Origin: Octopus bimaculoides
Taxonomy: Eukaryota
Direction: 5' to 3'
DNA length: 64,000 nucleotides
Assembly (NCBI RefSeq): GCF_001194135.2
Contig: NC_068986.1
Span: 47,989,538-48,053,537, forward strand
The position numbers and the translations under genes are program-made. The notes beneath the pieces were generated by a model. The model was not told where the DNA came from. It made no database searches and saw nothing but the letters and a program-made list of their open reading frames with translations. This document shows positions 11,767-25,470 of this stretch, in pieces; the stretch's first letter is position 1; each line of letters starts with the position of its first letter.

Positions 11767-14700
11767 CTGAAATAGAACAAATATTTAAGAATCTTGAATA
11801 ATGTCAAACAAAAAAATGCAAATCCTTCATAATTTCAACTATCTTACATTCTTTTATTCTTTTACTTGTTTCAGCCATTTGACTGCGGCCATGCTGGAGC
11901 ACCACCTTTAGTCGAGTAAATTGACCCCTAGACTTATTCTTTGTAAGCTTAGTACTTATTCTATCAGTCTCTTTTACCAAACTGCTAAGCTACGGGGATG
12001 TAATCACACCAGCATCAGTTGTCAGGATGTTNNNNNNNNNNAGATACACACACACACACACACATACATATATATACATACAATGGGCTTCTTTCAGTTT
12101 CCGTCTACCAAATCCACTCAATACTTTGGTTGGCCCATGGCTATAGTAGAAGACACTTGCTCAAGGTGCCATGCAGTGGGACTAAACTTGGAACCATGTG
12201 ATTGGTAAGCCAGCCACTTACCACACAGATGAATCTGTATGTTGTTCAATCCTTTTGTTACCATATTTCTGTCAAAATATGCTACCTCAGTTTCAGCTAA
12301 GTTTGAAAATAATGAAGAATTTAGTGAAATAACTTTGTCATTGTTAAGCTAGTGTTTGGAGCATAAATTACCATATTTTAATGTGTATAAGGAACCCTTT
12401 TTCGTCAAAAACTAGGTCAAAAAACTATGGGAGTTTCTTATAACATGGATAGCATTATAATCCCTTACAAAACATACTTTCTAAATTTTAAGCCCCCAAA
12501 ATTAGGGGGTTATTTGAAATTTTGGCACATGGCCAGCAAGTTCAGGGAGGGTTTACATCAATTACATCGACCCCAGTGTTCAACTAGTACTTATTTTATT
12601 GACCCCAAAAGGATGAAAGGCAAAGTTGACCTCATCAGTATTTGAACTCAGACCTTAAAGACAAATGAAAAGGCAATAAGCATTTTGCCCAGTGTGCTAA
12701 TGATTCTGCCAGCTCGCTGCCTTTTTGGAGGGTGGAGTTCATCCGGGAATTTGGAGCATAAATTAACATGAAATTATAATAATCAAGATTACTTTAAAAT
12801 AAGACATTTGTATCACATAACCAAGGTTTGTATTATAGAACTAAGGCTGGCTGTTATCAAAAGGGTTAAGATCAGTCTATGACTTCTTTTTGTCACAAAT
12901 TTGTTTATAGAGAATCACTTATGATACATAAATACACTAAAATATAATATATATTTTAAAGATAGAAATAATCTATACACACACCATACATATTTATTTA
13001 TTTATTTCAGTCATTGATCTGTGGCCATGCTGTGGACACTGCCTTGAAAGAATTAGTCAATCAAACTACATCCAGAACTTATTTTATATCTATTATTCTA
13101 TTCATCTCTTTTATGTTAAACTGCTATGTTTTGGGAATGTAATCAAATCAACACTGGTTGTAAGGCAGTGAGACTCACACACACTATGTATGCATGCATG
13201 CATACATACATACATACTGGGCCTCCATGCAGTTTCCATCAATCAAATTCACTAACAAGTCAATGGTTGGCCCTGATGCCTTGTGTTGTGTAACAAAGAG
13301 CTGAACCACATAGAGTAGTGCCTTTTATTTGTTTTTGTTTTACATTACTTAGTAATGGCATGGCTGTATGGTTCAGAATTTCACATCTCAACCACATTGG
13401 TTCTGGGTTCAATCCCACAGTGTAGAACCTTGACCATCACCACATAGCCCTTGGGTGTGTTTTGCAGAGTAGCTTCTGTAGTAAACATGTGGGCTAGTTG
13501 CTCCATCAGAGGATAATTTCCTTCTTTCCCCCCAATCAATCTTTGAGGCCCCAAAATGTATGAAGGAGCTTATTACAATTCTGCCACTTATTAAATTTGT
13601 TTATTTGCTTCATGTCCATTTTTCCCATGCTTGCAAGAGTTAGAAGAGAATGTTGTTTAAAGCATTGTTTTTCAGCCATTGTTTTACTGATGCGAATCTT
13701 CATTTGCTTTTTGAGTAACAGTTTTGCTTATTCCACACAGCATCAATGCACAGTGTCCAGATGGTTTGATGCCAGCTGCACTTTGCAGATGCAAACAAAC
13801 ACACATATACATGCGCAAACTCACACACACACACACACACATGCACAAATACACACACAATGATTATCTATTTAGTGTCTGTCTACTAAATCCACTCACA
13901 AGGCATTGGTTGGATCTATATGGTCACCTAATCTGTTAGAAATAACAGCCAAATTTCTTTAACCCTTTTGATATCAACCTGCCTCAAAAAAACACTAGTC
14001 TAAAGTGCTGCACAATGGGACTGAAACTGAATGATATGGTAAGGAAGCAAGCTTCTTAACTCTACAGAAGTTTCACCAGGGGCATTAGAAGACATTTTAC
14101 CCAATGTACAGCAATTAGACTGGACACAAAAATATGTGATAGCAAAGTGAACTTGTTCACAACATAATACTATGCCCGAACCTATTTCAAAATCAATACT
14201 TCACACACACACACAAACGCAGATAAGGATACACACCATAGAAAGACAGAATGGATTTAACAGGACAAGAAGAGACACTTGAGATAGAGTGTCACTGAGG
14301 AGGACACTGAATGTGTGATGAAAGGTTTCAGACGAAGGACAGTAAAATAAGAATAATAAAGCTGAAGTGAAAACCATGTATAGAGTGCATGTTGTTGATT
14401 GGTAAAAAACATGACCATCTCCAAGTATAGCAATATCTGTTTCAACATGTGATTTCATATCAGGAATCTTACAAATCAAATACATAAATGTAAGTACAAA
14501 GCACAGGGAGAAAAACCCAATTATAGATTGACGGATGTAGTTAATAGTTATCAGTGTGGTTACAGCAGAACCAATAATTTTACAGACGTAAAAGTACTAA
14601 AAGAGATAAAGAATTAGATCAGTTGTGGGCACAGTTGTCAGCAAATGACACAACGTCAAATAGACAAGTTTTTATGAAGATAACCAAATATGTTACTGAC

Positions 14701-14979
14701 TAACAATTTTCTAAATATAAGAATAATGTATTACATTCCAATAAGGCACCATGGAGTCTATATATATTCTTTTATTTGTTTCAGTCATTTGACTGCAGCC
14801 ATGCTGGAGCACTACCTTTAGTCGAATAAATTTACCCCAAGACTTACTCTTTGTAAGCCTAGTACTCAATCTATTGGTCTCTTTTGCCGAACCGCTAAGT
14901 TACAGGCACGTAAAGATACCAACATCGGTTGTTAAGTGATGGTAGTGGGACAAACACAGACATACAAACATATACATAG

Positions 14980-15041
<62 letters not shown>

Positions 15042-16991
15042 CAGGCTTCTTTCAGTTTCCATTTACCAAATCCACTCAAGGCTTTGGTCAGCCCAAGGCT
15101 ATAATAGGAAACACTTGCCCAAGGTGCTATGCAGTGGGACTGAACCCAGAACTACGTGGTTGGTAAGCAAGTTACATACCACACAGCCACTCCTGCACTT
15201 ACATATATATATATATCATCAGTAGATCGTATATCCAAAAAAGAAGCATACTCTAAACATTAAAACAGTAATGTATTTATAGGAAGTTAATTATATGGTT
15301 AATCAGTGCTGCATTAACCCATTAAGCAAAATAAGGACATGCTTAGGGCATCTAGGGACAGGGGCACCACAGAAATGAAAATGGTTTATGGCACAAAAGA
15401 AATCACTTTAAACTTACTAAAATGATATTTGTAATGCCTTATCTCTAATAAGTATAGAAGCAGAAGTTTTATGTAAAATTAATTTTAACAATATCATCAA
15501 ACACTTTGCAATTAGATTAAAAAAAAAAAACGAAGGAAGGAACTTTTCAAATATAAATTAAATGGAAGCATACAAAAATAAACATTATTTTCCATCCTAC
15601 TGTGAATTTTCATTTTCAAAGATAAAAATTTATTTTATGGCTTATTATCATTTACATTTTGAACTATTTTCGTTTACATTTTGAACCATTTACATATACT
15701 TGAGGGCATCAAAACCTTTTAAGTGCTTAGGGCCTCTATGGGTCTTAATCTGGCTCAGTGGCCAGTCATAGGGTGACCAATGGTTTTGCATCCACAAAGC
15801 ACTTAACCTTACAGATGGCTCACCAGATCCTAATGGCCATGGAATTATAACCTCTATCTCTATTTTAAAAAGTGGTAATATGCCTGCAGCCGTTAGGGTC
15901 CAAGGAGCCGCCTATAAGGCTAAGCGCTTTATGGATGCAAGACCATTGGTAATATAATTAACTTCCAATACATATATATATATATATATATATANNNNNN
16001 NNNNNNNNNNNNNNNNNNNNNNNNNNNNNNNNNNNNNNNNNNNNNNNNNNNNNNNNNNNNNNNNNNNNNNNNNNNNNNNNNNNNNNNNNNNNNNNNNNNN
16101 NNNNNNNNGCTTTCCATGTTAGCAAGGGTTGGACGATTTGACTGAGGACTGGTGAAACCGGATGGCAACACCAGGCTCCAATCTGATTTGACAGAGTTTC
16201 TACAGCTGGATGCCCTTCCTAACACCAACCACTCAGAGAGTGAAGTGGGTGCTTTTACGTGTCACCCGCACGAAGGTCAGTCAGGCGATACTGGCAACGG
16301 CCATGCTCAAAATGGTGTATTTTATGTGCCACCCGCACAAGAGCCAGTCCAGGGGCACTGGCAACGATCTTGCTCGAGAATCCTACGAAGGCCAGTCAGG
16401 CGGTACTGGCAACGGCCACGCTCAAAATGGTATCATCATCATCTTATACTCTCCCAACCAGCACTGTGGTGAGAGAGTCAAAACACATACTATGCTTTGA
16501 TGTGAAAACTCCTAAATGTTAAATCTTGGATTTTAATTTTAATTCGCTTGAAAAAACAGAAAAAAGATTTTTTTAACAGGATGTAATTGATTTGAAAATA
16601 AAAAAAAAAAACCCCACAACTAAAACAGCTATAGTGAACTTCAGCTCATTTCTGTTATATATATGTGTATATATGGTGGAGTGCAGTGTCTTGAAACATT
16701 AAAATATAACAATACATTTAAAGCAGTGAATCTTGAAATTTTAAAATTAGACAGGTATAATATAGTAGTATGGAAAGTAATGTTCATTGTGTTGTGGTGG
16801 TGGTGATACAAATACAACAACAATAGTAAGAATTATTCAAAGGAATAGATAAGAGTTGAAGCAGAGAGAAACAAGATAAAGTTAGTAAATAAAGTTGACC
16901 TCTTAACATTTAAAAATATAATAAGAACACTTAGATAAAATATAATAATGTTGATGAGAATTTGGGTAATTATAACAATGATTACTACAGT

Positions 16992-17325
16992 GAAGGTGTA
17001 TGGCTCAGTGGTTAGAGCGTCGGGCTCACAAACATGAGGTAGTGAGTTTGATTCCTGGATTGGGTTGTTTGTTGTGCTCTTGAGCTGACACTTTATTTCA
17101 TGTTGCTCCAGTTCACTGATCTGTAGAAATGAGTTGCGCCATCACTGGTGCCAAGCTGTATCGGCTTTCGCCTTTCCCTTCGACAACATTGGTAGCAGGG
17201 AGAGGGGATGTTGGTATGCATAGGTGACTGGTCTTCCATAAACAACCTTGCCCAGACTTGTGCCTTGGAGGATAAATTTTTAGGTGCAATCCCAAGGTCA
17301 TTTATGACCAAAGGAAGTCCTTTCT
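16992..17325 (+). mobile_element. tRNA-derived SINE family D; second full copy at 38811-39152 (minus), partial copy at ~33732-33900
   Basis: Head GAAGG(C/T)GTATGGCTCAGTGGTTAGAG and shared body (CCAGTTCACT…CTGTAGAAATGAGT…GGTGCCAAGCTGTATCGG). Confidence 0.88.
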
Positions 17326-17649
17326 ACCATAGTGATGGGAATAAAGATGTATCATCATCATCATCACCACCACCATATTATCATCATCATCATCGTTTAA
17401 CTTGTGTGTGTCGGATAGAATTTGTTAAGGCAGATTTTCTAAGACTGGATGCCCTTCTTGCAACCGTTCCTCCCGTTTCCAAGCAAGGTGCTATTTCCTT
17501 GTACCAGACATGTTTTTCTATGAAAGACTGGACAGGAACATCACATGCATGTTCATGATGATGTTGATTGTTTAGAGTCATCACATAAGACAAGGTTATA
17601 TGCAAACACATTGTCGTCATCGGCATTAACTTGTATCCGAGTAGTTAAT

Positions 17650-18140
17650 CTGTAGAGAGTGATTGAGTTTCTTCATCCTGATGGGTGTGAAGGTTGCTAG
17701 TGCCTGAGGTTGTTATTTAGGCCAAGGGTGGTATAGAAGAGCCAAGTGGGCAAGTTGCTCTTTGTGTCTTTGACGTCTGATCTCTGCCTTGTGACATCTG
17801 TTATTTTCCATCTGGCCTATTCCCTTGACGATGACATGGTGCCACTTTGGGTGGTCCTTGGCAATTGTCTCCCAGGTATTTGGGTCAATGGAGCAGCAGA
17901 GGACAGTGGTCTTGAACTGGTCTCAGAAATGAAATTTGGGGGTGACATGTGGTCTGGTGTCCGAGACCAACTCCACACAGAGGAACTGATGGAGGGAGGT
18001 GTATTTAAGGTATGTATATGATGTGTTCCAACCAGCGAAGGTGGTGTCATGCTATGGTAGCTTCAATGCTAAGCAGTCTGGCCTCCAGCAGAACCTTTTC
18101 ATTGGTAATGTAATCATTCCATCAAATCCTCATTGTGCAA
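17650..18140 (-). mobile_element. RTE-clade LINE 3' coding fragment
   Basis: Degenerate C-terminus: WNDYITNEKVLLEARLLSIEA…HLRW…FKTTV…IDPNTWETIAKDHPKW, typical of RTE ORFs. Confidence 0.7.
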
Positions 18141-21124
18141 AGTTTGTGCTGCTAGAAACGTTCAATGTTCTTCAAACACATACACACAAGCATACATACT
18201 CACATACACACAAACCCGATGGGCTTCTTTTAGTTTCTGTCTATCAAATTTACTCTTCACAAGACTTTGGTCACACTATGAGGCTATAGTAGAAGACACT
18301 TGTCCAAGGTTTCACACAGTTGGACTGAACTCATAACCACATGGTTGGGAAGTAAGTTTTTCAACCACACAGTCAATATGTATATTTCTAACAAAATCAG
18401 TTGATACGGTACAGAACATTGCTTGATTTTTGGCATCAAATTATGTATAGTGAACCATTAACTAACCCCTTAAACTCTTTCAGATCAAATGCTCAATAAA
18501 GCTATTGTCCATGAAGAAATACATACACCTGCCTTCACACATACACACACATGTATGCATGCAGACATACACTCACAAACACATAATTTCATTTGGATAA
18601 AAGGAAAATGGAAGTATACTCCAAGATTTCAAACAATAAACAAGAATTGCCACTCAATATATACAAACAACAAATAACAAATAATACCAGAGCAGTGAAA
18701 TATACCTGTCTCTCAACCCTTTTGTTACCATATTTTGGTTGAAGTACACTGCCGTTGTTTCAATTAATTATCAAAATTACGAGGAATTTAGCAAAACAAC
18801 ATCGTTATCATTAAGCTGATGCTTGGTACATAAATGAACATGAAATTTCGATGGAAGTTTTAGTTCAGATCATTTTAAAACAGGAAGACTATTCCTCAGA
18901 ATTGGGGCAGTCTTGGGATGAGTGGTATCAAAAGGGCTAGAGTTCTTTACAAATGCAGAACAAAAATTGCCAGTTAATTACAATGTATACTGCTTAAAGT
19001 TTGTTTTATCGTAATCCTCAATAAAAGATAAAGCTAACTTCCATTGTTTAGGATTTCAAAAAAAAGCAATTAAAAGAACAAGCTTGATGGATTTTTTCTT
19101 TTTGTTTTTTTGCATTCATTATTAGAAATATTATTACTATTTGTATTTCTATTAATAGTCTAATAAAAGTAAGTATGAGTACACTCATTAACTTTCTATA
19201 AGAATAGTTGTAAATACATTGAATGAATCATGAGGTTCATCATGAGCGTTTTACACACACACACACACATGTTGAGTCAAGGATTAACAATGTAAGATAC
19301 CATTTGTTTAAGAATGGCATATTTTTCATAAACAAAATATTATTTTCTCTTATATTTCAATTGTTGTAAAATTAAATGGGGTATTTCCTTTTTGGCTTCT
19401 CTTAGGAGAATTTTTTAGATGTAAGTAATCATTGAGGACTGTACATCATATCCAGCATATATCTCTTAAATAGGTGCAAGCAAGTCTGCTTCCCAACCAC
19501 CATGGTTTTGGGTTCAATACCACAGCAAGGCAACCTGGGCAAGTGTCTTCTACTATAAAACCATCCCAACCTAAGTCTTGTGAGTGGACATGGCAGATGC
19601 AAACTGAAGACGCCCGTCAGGTGTGTGTGTGTGTGTGTTACAGTCTCCTTGCTTTGAAATTATGTGATGGTTGTAAACAATTGTCACCTTCATTCCTAAT
19701 CTTCCATGAAAACATTTCTGGTTATAGGAAAATATTACCTTATTTGGAAATAGGTGAAAGTTAGTGACGGGAAGAGCATCCAGCTGTAGAAAATCCACCT
19801 AAAAAACAATTCCACCCAACCTATGCAAGCATAGAAAAGTATGTTAAAACAGTGACCATTATACATTGCGTTATTTCACCTTTATCATTGTTGCTTCGAG
19901 TCCTAAACTTGGAAAGCAGATCTGGTAATTCATTTTCAGATTATTCATTTTAGAATATTAATTACTTAATGTTCAGTTTTTATAAAAAATAAAAAATGAA
20001 ATAAGCAAGTATCTGTTTTAGAAAAGATTTTGGACAAACGTCTTTTGTCTTTTACCATAGACTCAAACTAACCAATGTCTTGTGAGTAAAACTGGTTAGA
20101 TAGAAACTGTATTGGAGCCTGTCACATGGATTATACTTTTAATTCAAAGACCCAGTAGCATTACATCATAATCTAATGTGTAAATGGATGTAAAACATTA
20201 AAACAGTAATGTATTTATAGGAAGTTAATTATATGGCCAGTCAGTGCTGGATTAATCCATTAAGCAAAATAAGGACATGCTTAGGGCATCTAGGGACAGA
20301 GGCACCACAGAAATGAAAATGGTTTACGGCACGAAAGAAATCACTTTAAACTTGCTAAAATGATATTCGTAATGCTTTGTCTCTAATAAGTATAGAAGCA
20401 GAAGTTTTATGTAAAATTAATTTTTACAATATCATCAAACACTTTGCAAAAAGTGATCAAACAACTTAATTGAAACCTATGGAGGATCCACAACTTCAAG
20501 ACTTAGTATATTTCCCACAGTAATTTTATTAGTATATCTTCCTTCTGTAACATTGACAACTTCTCACTGTCACCTATAACATCATGAAATTCTACGTCAA
20601 CATATAGCACCCTAACTTCTTAACTTCTAAACACAAGTGTCATCTACAAGCAATCTAAACATTCCTGTTAGAGTGCACCGCTTTCTGAAGATCTTAAAAA
20701 CATTCTCCAATATAGGCATACCAACCAAGTTTATTTTGACAGCTACACAAACACAAACAGTATACATATTACAGAAGCAACTTCACATTATCTCTTTCTC
20801 TGCATGAACATGTCTAAAACTTTCAAATTCACAAGTTCTGGGCTTTATAATTCCTGATGATCTATCGTGGTGAACATGCACCTATAATATGGGAATTTAA
20901 AATTACACTGCAATGACTAAAATTCCAATTCAAAACCAAAAAAGTTATCCAAATCCTGATTTTTTGCTTTAACTCTTTATAATGTTCAAGTGTGATCCAG
21001 CTTGGAGTATTGCTCACATATTTAAATATCATACTACTACTACTGCACACAATAACATCTGAATCTTTAGCCAAAAGAAAACCATTCAGTTGTTGTCATT
21101 TAGTACAAGATTAGTCCTAAGTGA

Positions 21125-21180
21125 GTGGAGGCGCAATGGTCCAGTGGTTAGGGCAGCGGACTCGCGGTCATAGGATCACA
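21125..21180 (+). mobile_element. SINE family A head, cut by an assembly gap
   Basis: Same head sequence as the other copies. Confidence 0.85.
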
Positions 21181-21549
21181 NNNNNNNNNNNNNNNNNNNN
21201 NNNNNNNNNNNNNNNNNNNNNNNNNNNNNNNNNNNNNNNNNNNNNNNNNNNNNNNNNNNNNNNNNNNNNNNNNNNNNNNNNNNNNNNNNNNNNNNNNNNN
21301 NNNNNNNNNNNNNNNNNNNNNNNNNNNNNNNNNNNNNNNNNNNNNNNNNNNNNNNNNNNNNNNNNNNNNNNNNNNNNNNNNNNNNNNNNNNNNNNNNNNN
21401 NNNNNNNNNNNNNNNNNNNNNNNNNNNNNNNNNNNNNNNNNNNNNNNNNNNNNNNNNNNNNNNNNNNNNNNNNNNNNNNNNNNNNNNNNNNNNNNNNNNN
21501 NNNNNNNNNNNNNNNNNNNNNNNNNNNNTTATCTAAGAGTGTGATTTAA

Positions 21550-21771
21550 CCCATTCATTACCAGATTTCTAAAGAAATATGCAACTTTTGTTCCAATTAA
21601 ATTTGAAAAGAAGGAAGAATTTTTTAAAACAATTTTGTCATTATTAAGCTGGAGTTTGGAACATAAATTAAAAAGGAATTTTGAAGGAAAGTTTTAATTT
21701 AAATCACTTTGAAACAGTAAATTTTTATCATAAAAACAAGAGAAGTTTGAGGCAGGTTGATAACAAAAGGG
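21550..21771. mobile_element. piggyBac-like MITE (TTAA target); related copies at ~12247-12860 and ~18715-18940
   Basis: TTAA|CCCA…AAAGGG|TTAA termini, with shared internal sequence among the copies. Confidence 0.7.
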
Positions 21772-23924
21772 TTAAAGAAATTTGGCTGTTATTTCTAACA
21801 GATTAGGTGACCATATAGAGGTTCTTCTGGTGAATCATGACTACATTTGGCACTTGTACTATAATACACTCTATACAAGATTATGTCTGGAAAAGTATGA
21901 ACAACACGATTTCTTGTTTCTCCTCAACTCAACTCTCTATAATTCTAAAGCTCTCAACAATCATAGTGGACAACCCAATCAAGTCCGGACTCTGACACCA
22001 ATTGTTTCATCATTTGACAGGCAATGCACTGTGCTCATCAACAAGACATTTCACTATCTGTCTGTGGATTCACACTATGTTTTACATGAGACTAAATACT
22101 CTCTTCTAGGTTATTGTCTTTTCTAAGAGAAACCTGACTGAAAAAAAAAAAACCTATAATCAAATACAATCCAGTGATGACCATCATGAAAATAATTGTG
22201 GCATTTAGTTTTGACCAGTAAGTTCTCTCTGTGATGTTTGAGATAATTTATATATGTCCATAACAATGAGTAACTTCAAGTCTCCAGATCATCATTGTCA
22301 TCATTTTACATTCTTTTTTCCATGCTGGCACAGGTTGGACGGTTCTACAGGAACCAATGAACTAGAGGATTGCACTGTACTCCATTGTTTATGCTGGTAT
22401 GGTTTCTTCAGCTGGATCATCACCATTACCATCATCCTTTAACGTCTTTTTTCCATGCTGGCATGGGTTGGCTGATTTGACCAGAGCTGGCAAACAGGAA
22501 GGACAGCTGCACCAAATTTCAATCTGATTTGGCTTGGTTTTTGTTCAGCTGGATGCCCTTCCTAATGCCAATAACTTTACTCAGTGTGCTGGATGCTTTT
22601 TACTTGGCACCAGCACGAGCAACTTTACATGGCACCAGCATGGGTGCTCTTATGTAGCACCATCACAGGGATTTTGCAGGCCAATCCTCAGAGAAGTCTT
22701 CCCTTAGGGAAGTATATGATGTGGTGCAGCAAAGTCCAAAAGAGTAGAAAGGGAGGAATCCAACGAGAGAGGAACAAAAAAAAAAACAGCACAAAGTCAA
22801 GAACAACAGAAAAATGTTGTTGATGGCCTCTGCTCAATGAGGAGCAAGGGGTCCTTCTGGTGAATCATGACTGCATTTGGTAATCATTCAATAGTTATAT
22901 TCTATACAAGATTATGTCAGGAAAAGGATGAACAACAATTTGTTTCCTCTCTTGTTTCAAAACCTTTCAACAATCAGTGGACAACTTAATGAAGTCTAAT
23001 GCTGTTAAGATGGTCTTATGTATAAGCTGTGTATAACTGAATAAATGCGTGTACCTCTTAATTATATTCATTTACTAATTTCTTTCTTTTTTTTTTTACT
23101 CTTCATTTTTAATAAGTTTGAAAGAAAAATTATTTTATAATAGAATATGGAACAAAACAAGCAACTATGTAGATTAATGCTGTAATTATGAATTCAAATC
23201 TCACTGTGATAGACTTTGCCTTTCACTCTAAAGAGGATAAAATGAAGTAGCCATCAAGCACCCAGGGGGTCAATTCACACTCATGCAATGCATCATGACC
23301 TAGCACATCTAGGTCAACATTGTCTAATGTGTCTTCATTCAAATAAGGGTGCACGTTGAGGGAGATTTTGCAACTATTTCTAGCCAGCCGAATGACTATA
23401 TGGAAATCCTTTATTGGTATCTGTTTTAATAATACTTGAATGTGCATATGTGAGAGAGACAGACAGACAGACAGAAAGAGAGAGTAATGAAGGGATTAAG
23501 CTACTTATAATACAATTAGCGCAGCATTTTACCTTGGCCTTCAGCTCAGGTAAATCTGCTGAATCACTAGATTAAGAACTCAGGTGTAGACAGTATCAAC
23601 AACAGACACAGCAGGTGACAACATGGGAGCTTCTACAATGTAGTTGTTCAATCTTCTGGAAATAGCAGCCAAATCAATTTTTCATTACACCCTGCATCCG
23701 TGTAAAATGAATGGAAACATTGGTAATGTATGTAACGCTACATACTCTTAATGAAGTGGATTGTCTCAGCAGGACAGCATATTAACTAAGGTCTGTTGAA
23801 TTAGGAATGACTGGCCTGGCCTAGCTTGGGGTTAAACAACAACAACAACAAAAATGAAATAATATTAACAGTATCGGCAGCAACAACAGTATAAGGGGCA
23901 AAAACACATTAGTATCAACAACAT

Positions 23925-24700
23925 AAATAATAATGGCTTCAAATTTTGCCAAAGGGTTAGCAATTTTGGTGGGAGGGGATGAGTCGATTACATTGACCCC
24001 AGTGTTCAACTGCTATTTATGTTATCGACCCCGAAAGGATGAACGGCAAAGTCGACCCCGGCGGAATTTGAACTCAGAACGTAGCGACGGGCGAAATACA
24101 GCTAAGCATTTCGTCCAGCGTGCTAAAGATTCTGCCAGCTCACCGCCTTAATAATAATAATTATTATTGTTTCAAATTTTTTGCCACAAGGGTAGCTTGG
24201 AGGCGGGGATGAGTCGATCACATCGACCCCATTGTTCAACTGGTACTTATTTTATCGACCCTGAAAGGGCGAAAGGCAAAGTCGACCTCGGCGGAATTTG
24301 AACTCAGAACGTAGCGACGAGCGAAACACCACTAAATAATAATGGTTTCAAATTTTGCCACAAGAGCAGCAACTTGAGGGGTGAGAATGAGTCGATTATA
24401 TCGACCCCAATGTTCAACTGGTACTTATTTTATCGAAAGAATGAAAGGTAGAGTCGACCTCGGTGGAAAAATAGTAATACCCAAAACAAACTAGGTGCGG
24501 GTCATTAATGTCATGGGAGGTAATTCGATGCTTAAGGTTCATAATATTACTAGTATAGCTATAGGCACAAGGCCTGAAATTTTAGGGGAGAAAGGGCCGG
24601 TCGATTACATCGACTCCAGTGCTCAACTGGTATTTATATTATCGACTTCGAAAATACGAAAAGTTAAGTCAACCGCGGAGGAATTCGAACCCAGAACGTA
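23925..24700 (-). mobile_element. Tandem cluster of four SINE family C copies. Family also at ~7060-7180, 10540-10715, 12500-12725, 30490-30670, 30690-30805+33417-33480, 33495-33705, 41035-41240, 41965-42180, 42850-43070, 47510-47710
   Basis: Shared core GTTCTGAGTTCAAATTCCGCCGAGGTCGACTTTGCC…TAAGTACCAGTTGA…GGGGTCGATGTAATCGAC. Confidence 0.88.
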
Positions 24701-25459
24701 AAGGTAACAGAAAATAAAGTGGACAGCGGTAGGATTTGAACACGTAATTAGTGATTGAATGAACTAGATAGCAGAATGTATTTACAATCAGTATAACAGG
24801 AAACTTGCCAGAACTATTCGTAGTAATTTGTTGGAGCAAAAAGAGTTGTTGTTGTTGTTGTTTAACCACAGGTTAGCTTCAATTGAGGAGAACGAAAATC
24901 CATATAACACACATTTAGAGAAAGTAAACTTAAAACAATGTCTAAAGAAATTTAAATCGTCTGTTAAAACATGTATGCTCTTGATACAGACCTGTGTCTC
25001 ATGCGCCGGTTATGAGACTTCCTAGAGGTCCCAGGACTATGTAAAGATGTCCAAGTAGTCATAATTGAAGCGAAAGAGGAAATAGATTCTGTTTACATTT
25101 TCAGGTACGTTAAAGTTTTACTAGCTTCAGCGAGACGTAATGTTGATTAAAAGTAACAAGTCGGTGCGGTGTTAGTCATTAACAAAAACAAAAAAGAAGC
25201 AGCAGCATCATTTGGCTTAATTAGTTGAACTAACTAGATCTGAAATAATGCTTTTAAGTTTACATACACTATGTAATTCAAGTAAATAGGTTTTGCCACT
25301 GTCTTTCGTTTATTATAGTAGGCAGATAACAACAAATAGACGCAGACACACAGACATTTATATATCACACATACAAGGAGAATAATTGACAGGTATAGAA
25401 TTAAAACAAACGGAAATAAAATAACATTGATAACCTCGAAATAATTACAAGTAACTCAC

Positions 25460-25470
25460 CCACTTAACAT
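25460..25470 (-). CDS. HPS4: HPS4-like gene, putative first coding exon (MLSG; 11 nt, phase-2 end)
   Basis: Minus strand reads gaaacaATG TTA AGT GG|GTGAGT. A at -3, strong donor, and the 2 leftover nt match the single leading G of the 11667-11766 exon. Lies just beyond the transition from CpG-depleted to CpG-retaining sequence. Too short to support by homology alone. Confidence 0.6.

Noticed and set aside
16270-16432. Three ~56-bp spaced repeats resembling a CRISPR-like array
   Set aside because: Degenerate internal tandem units of a SINE in eukaryotic DNA, with no unique spacers or cas genes.
20520-20780. Possible minus-strand LINE RT remnant
   Set aside because: Only a weak FADD-like trace; too degraded to call.
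23531-23580. Alternative HPS4 first exon (minus-strand AAG|GTAAAA donor)
   Set aside because: The phase-2 frame needed to join exon 2 contains a TGA, and no suitable ATG is present.
24990-25104. Plus-strand exon-like segment with an in-frame TGA (LMRRL*DFLEVPGLCK…) and a CAG|GTACGT donor, considered as a selenoprotein exon
   Set aside because: No recognisable selenoprotein motif (CxxU/UxxC), no partner exons or SECIS found, and it lies antisense within HPS4 intron 1.
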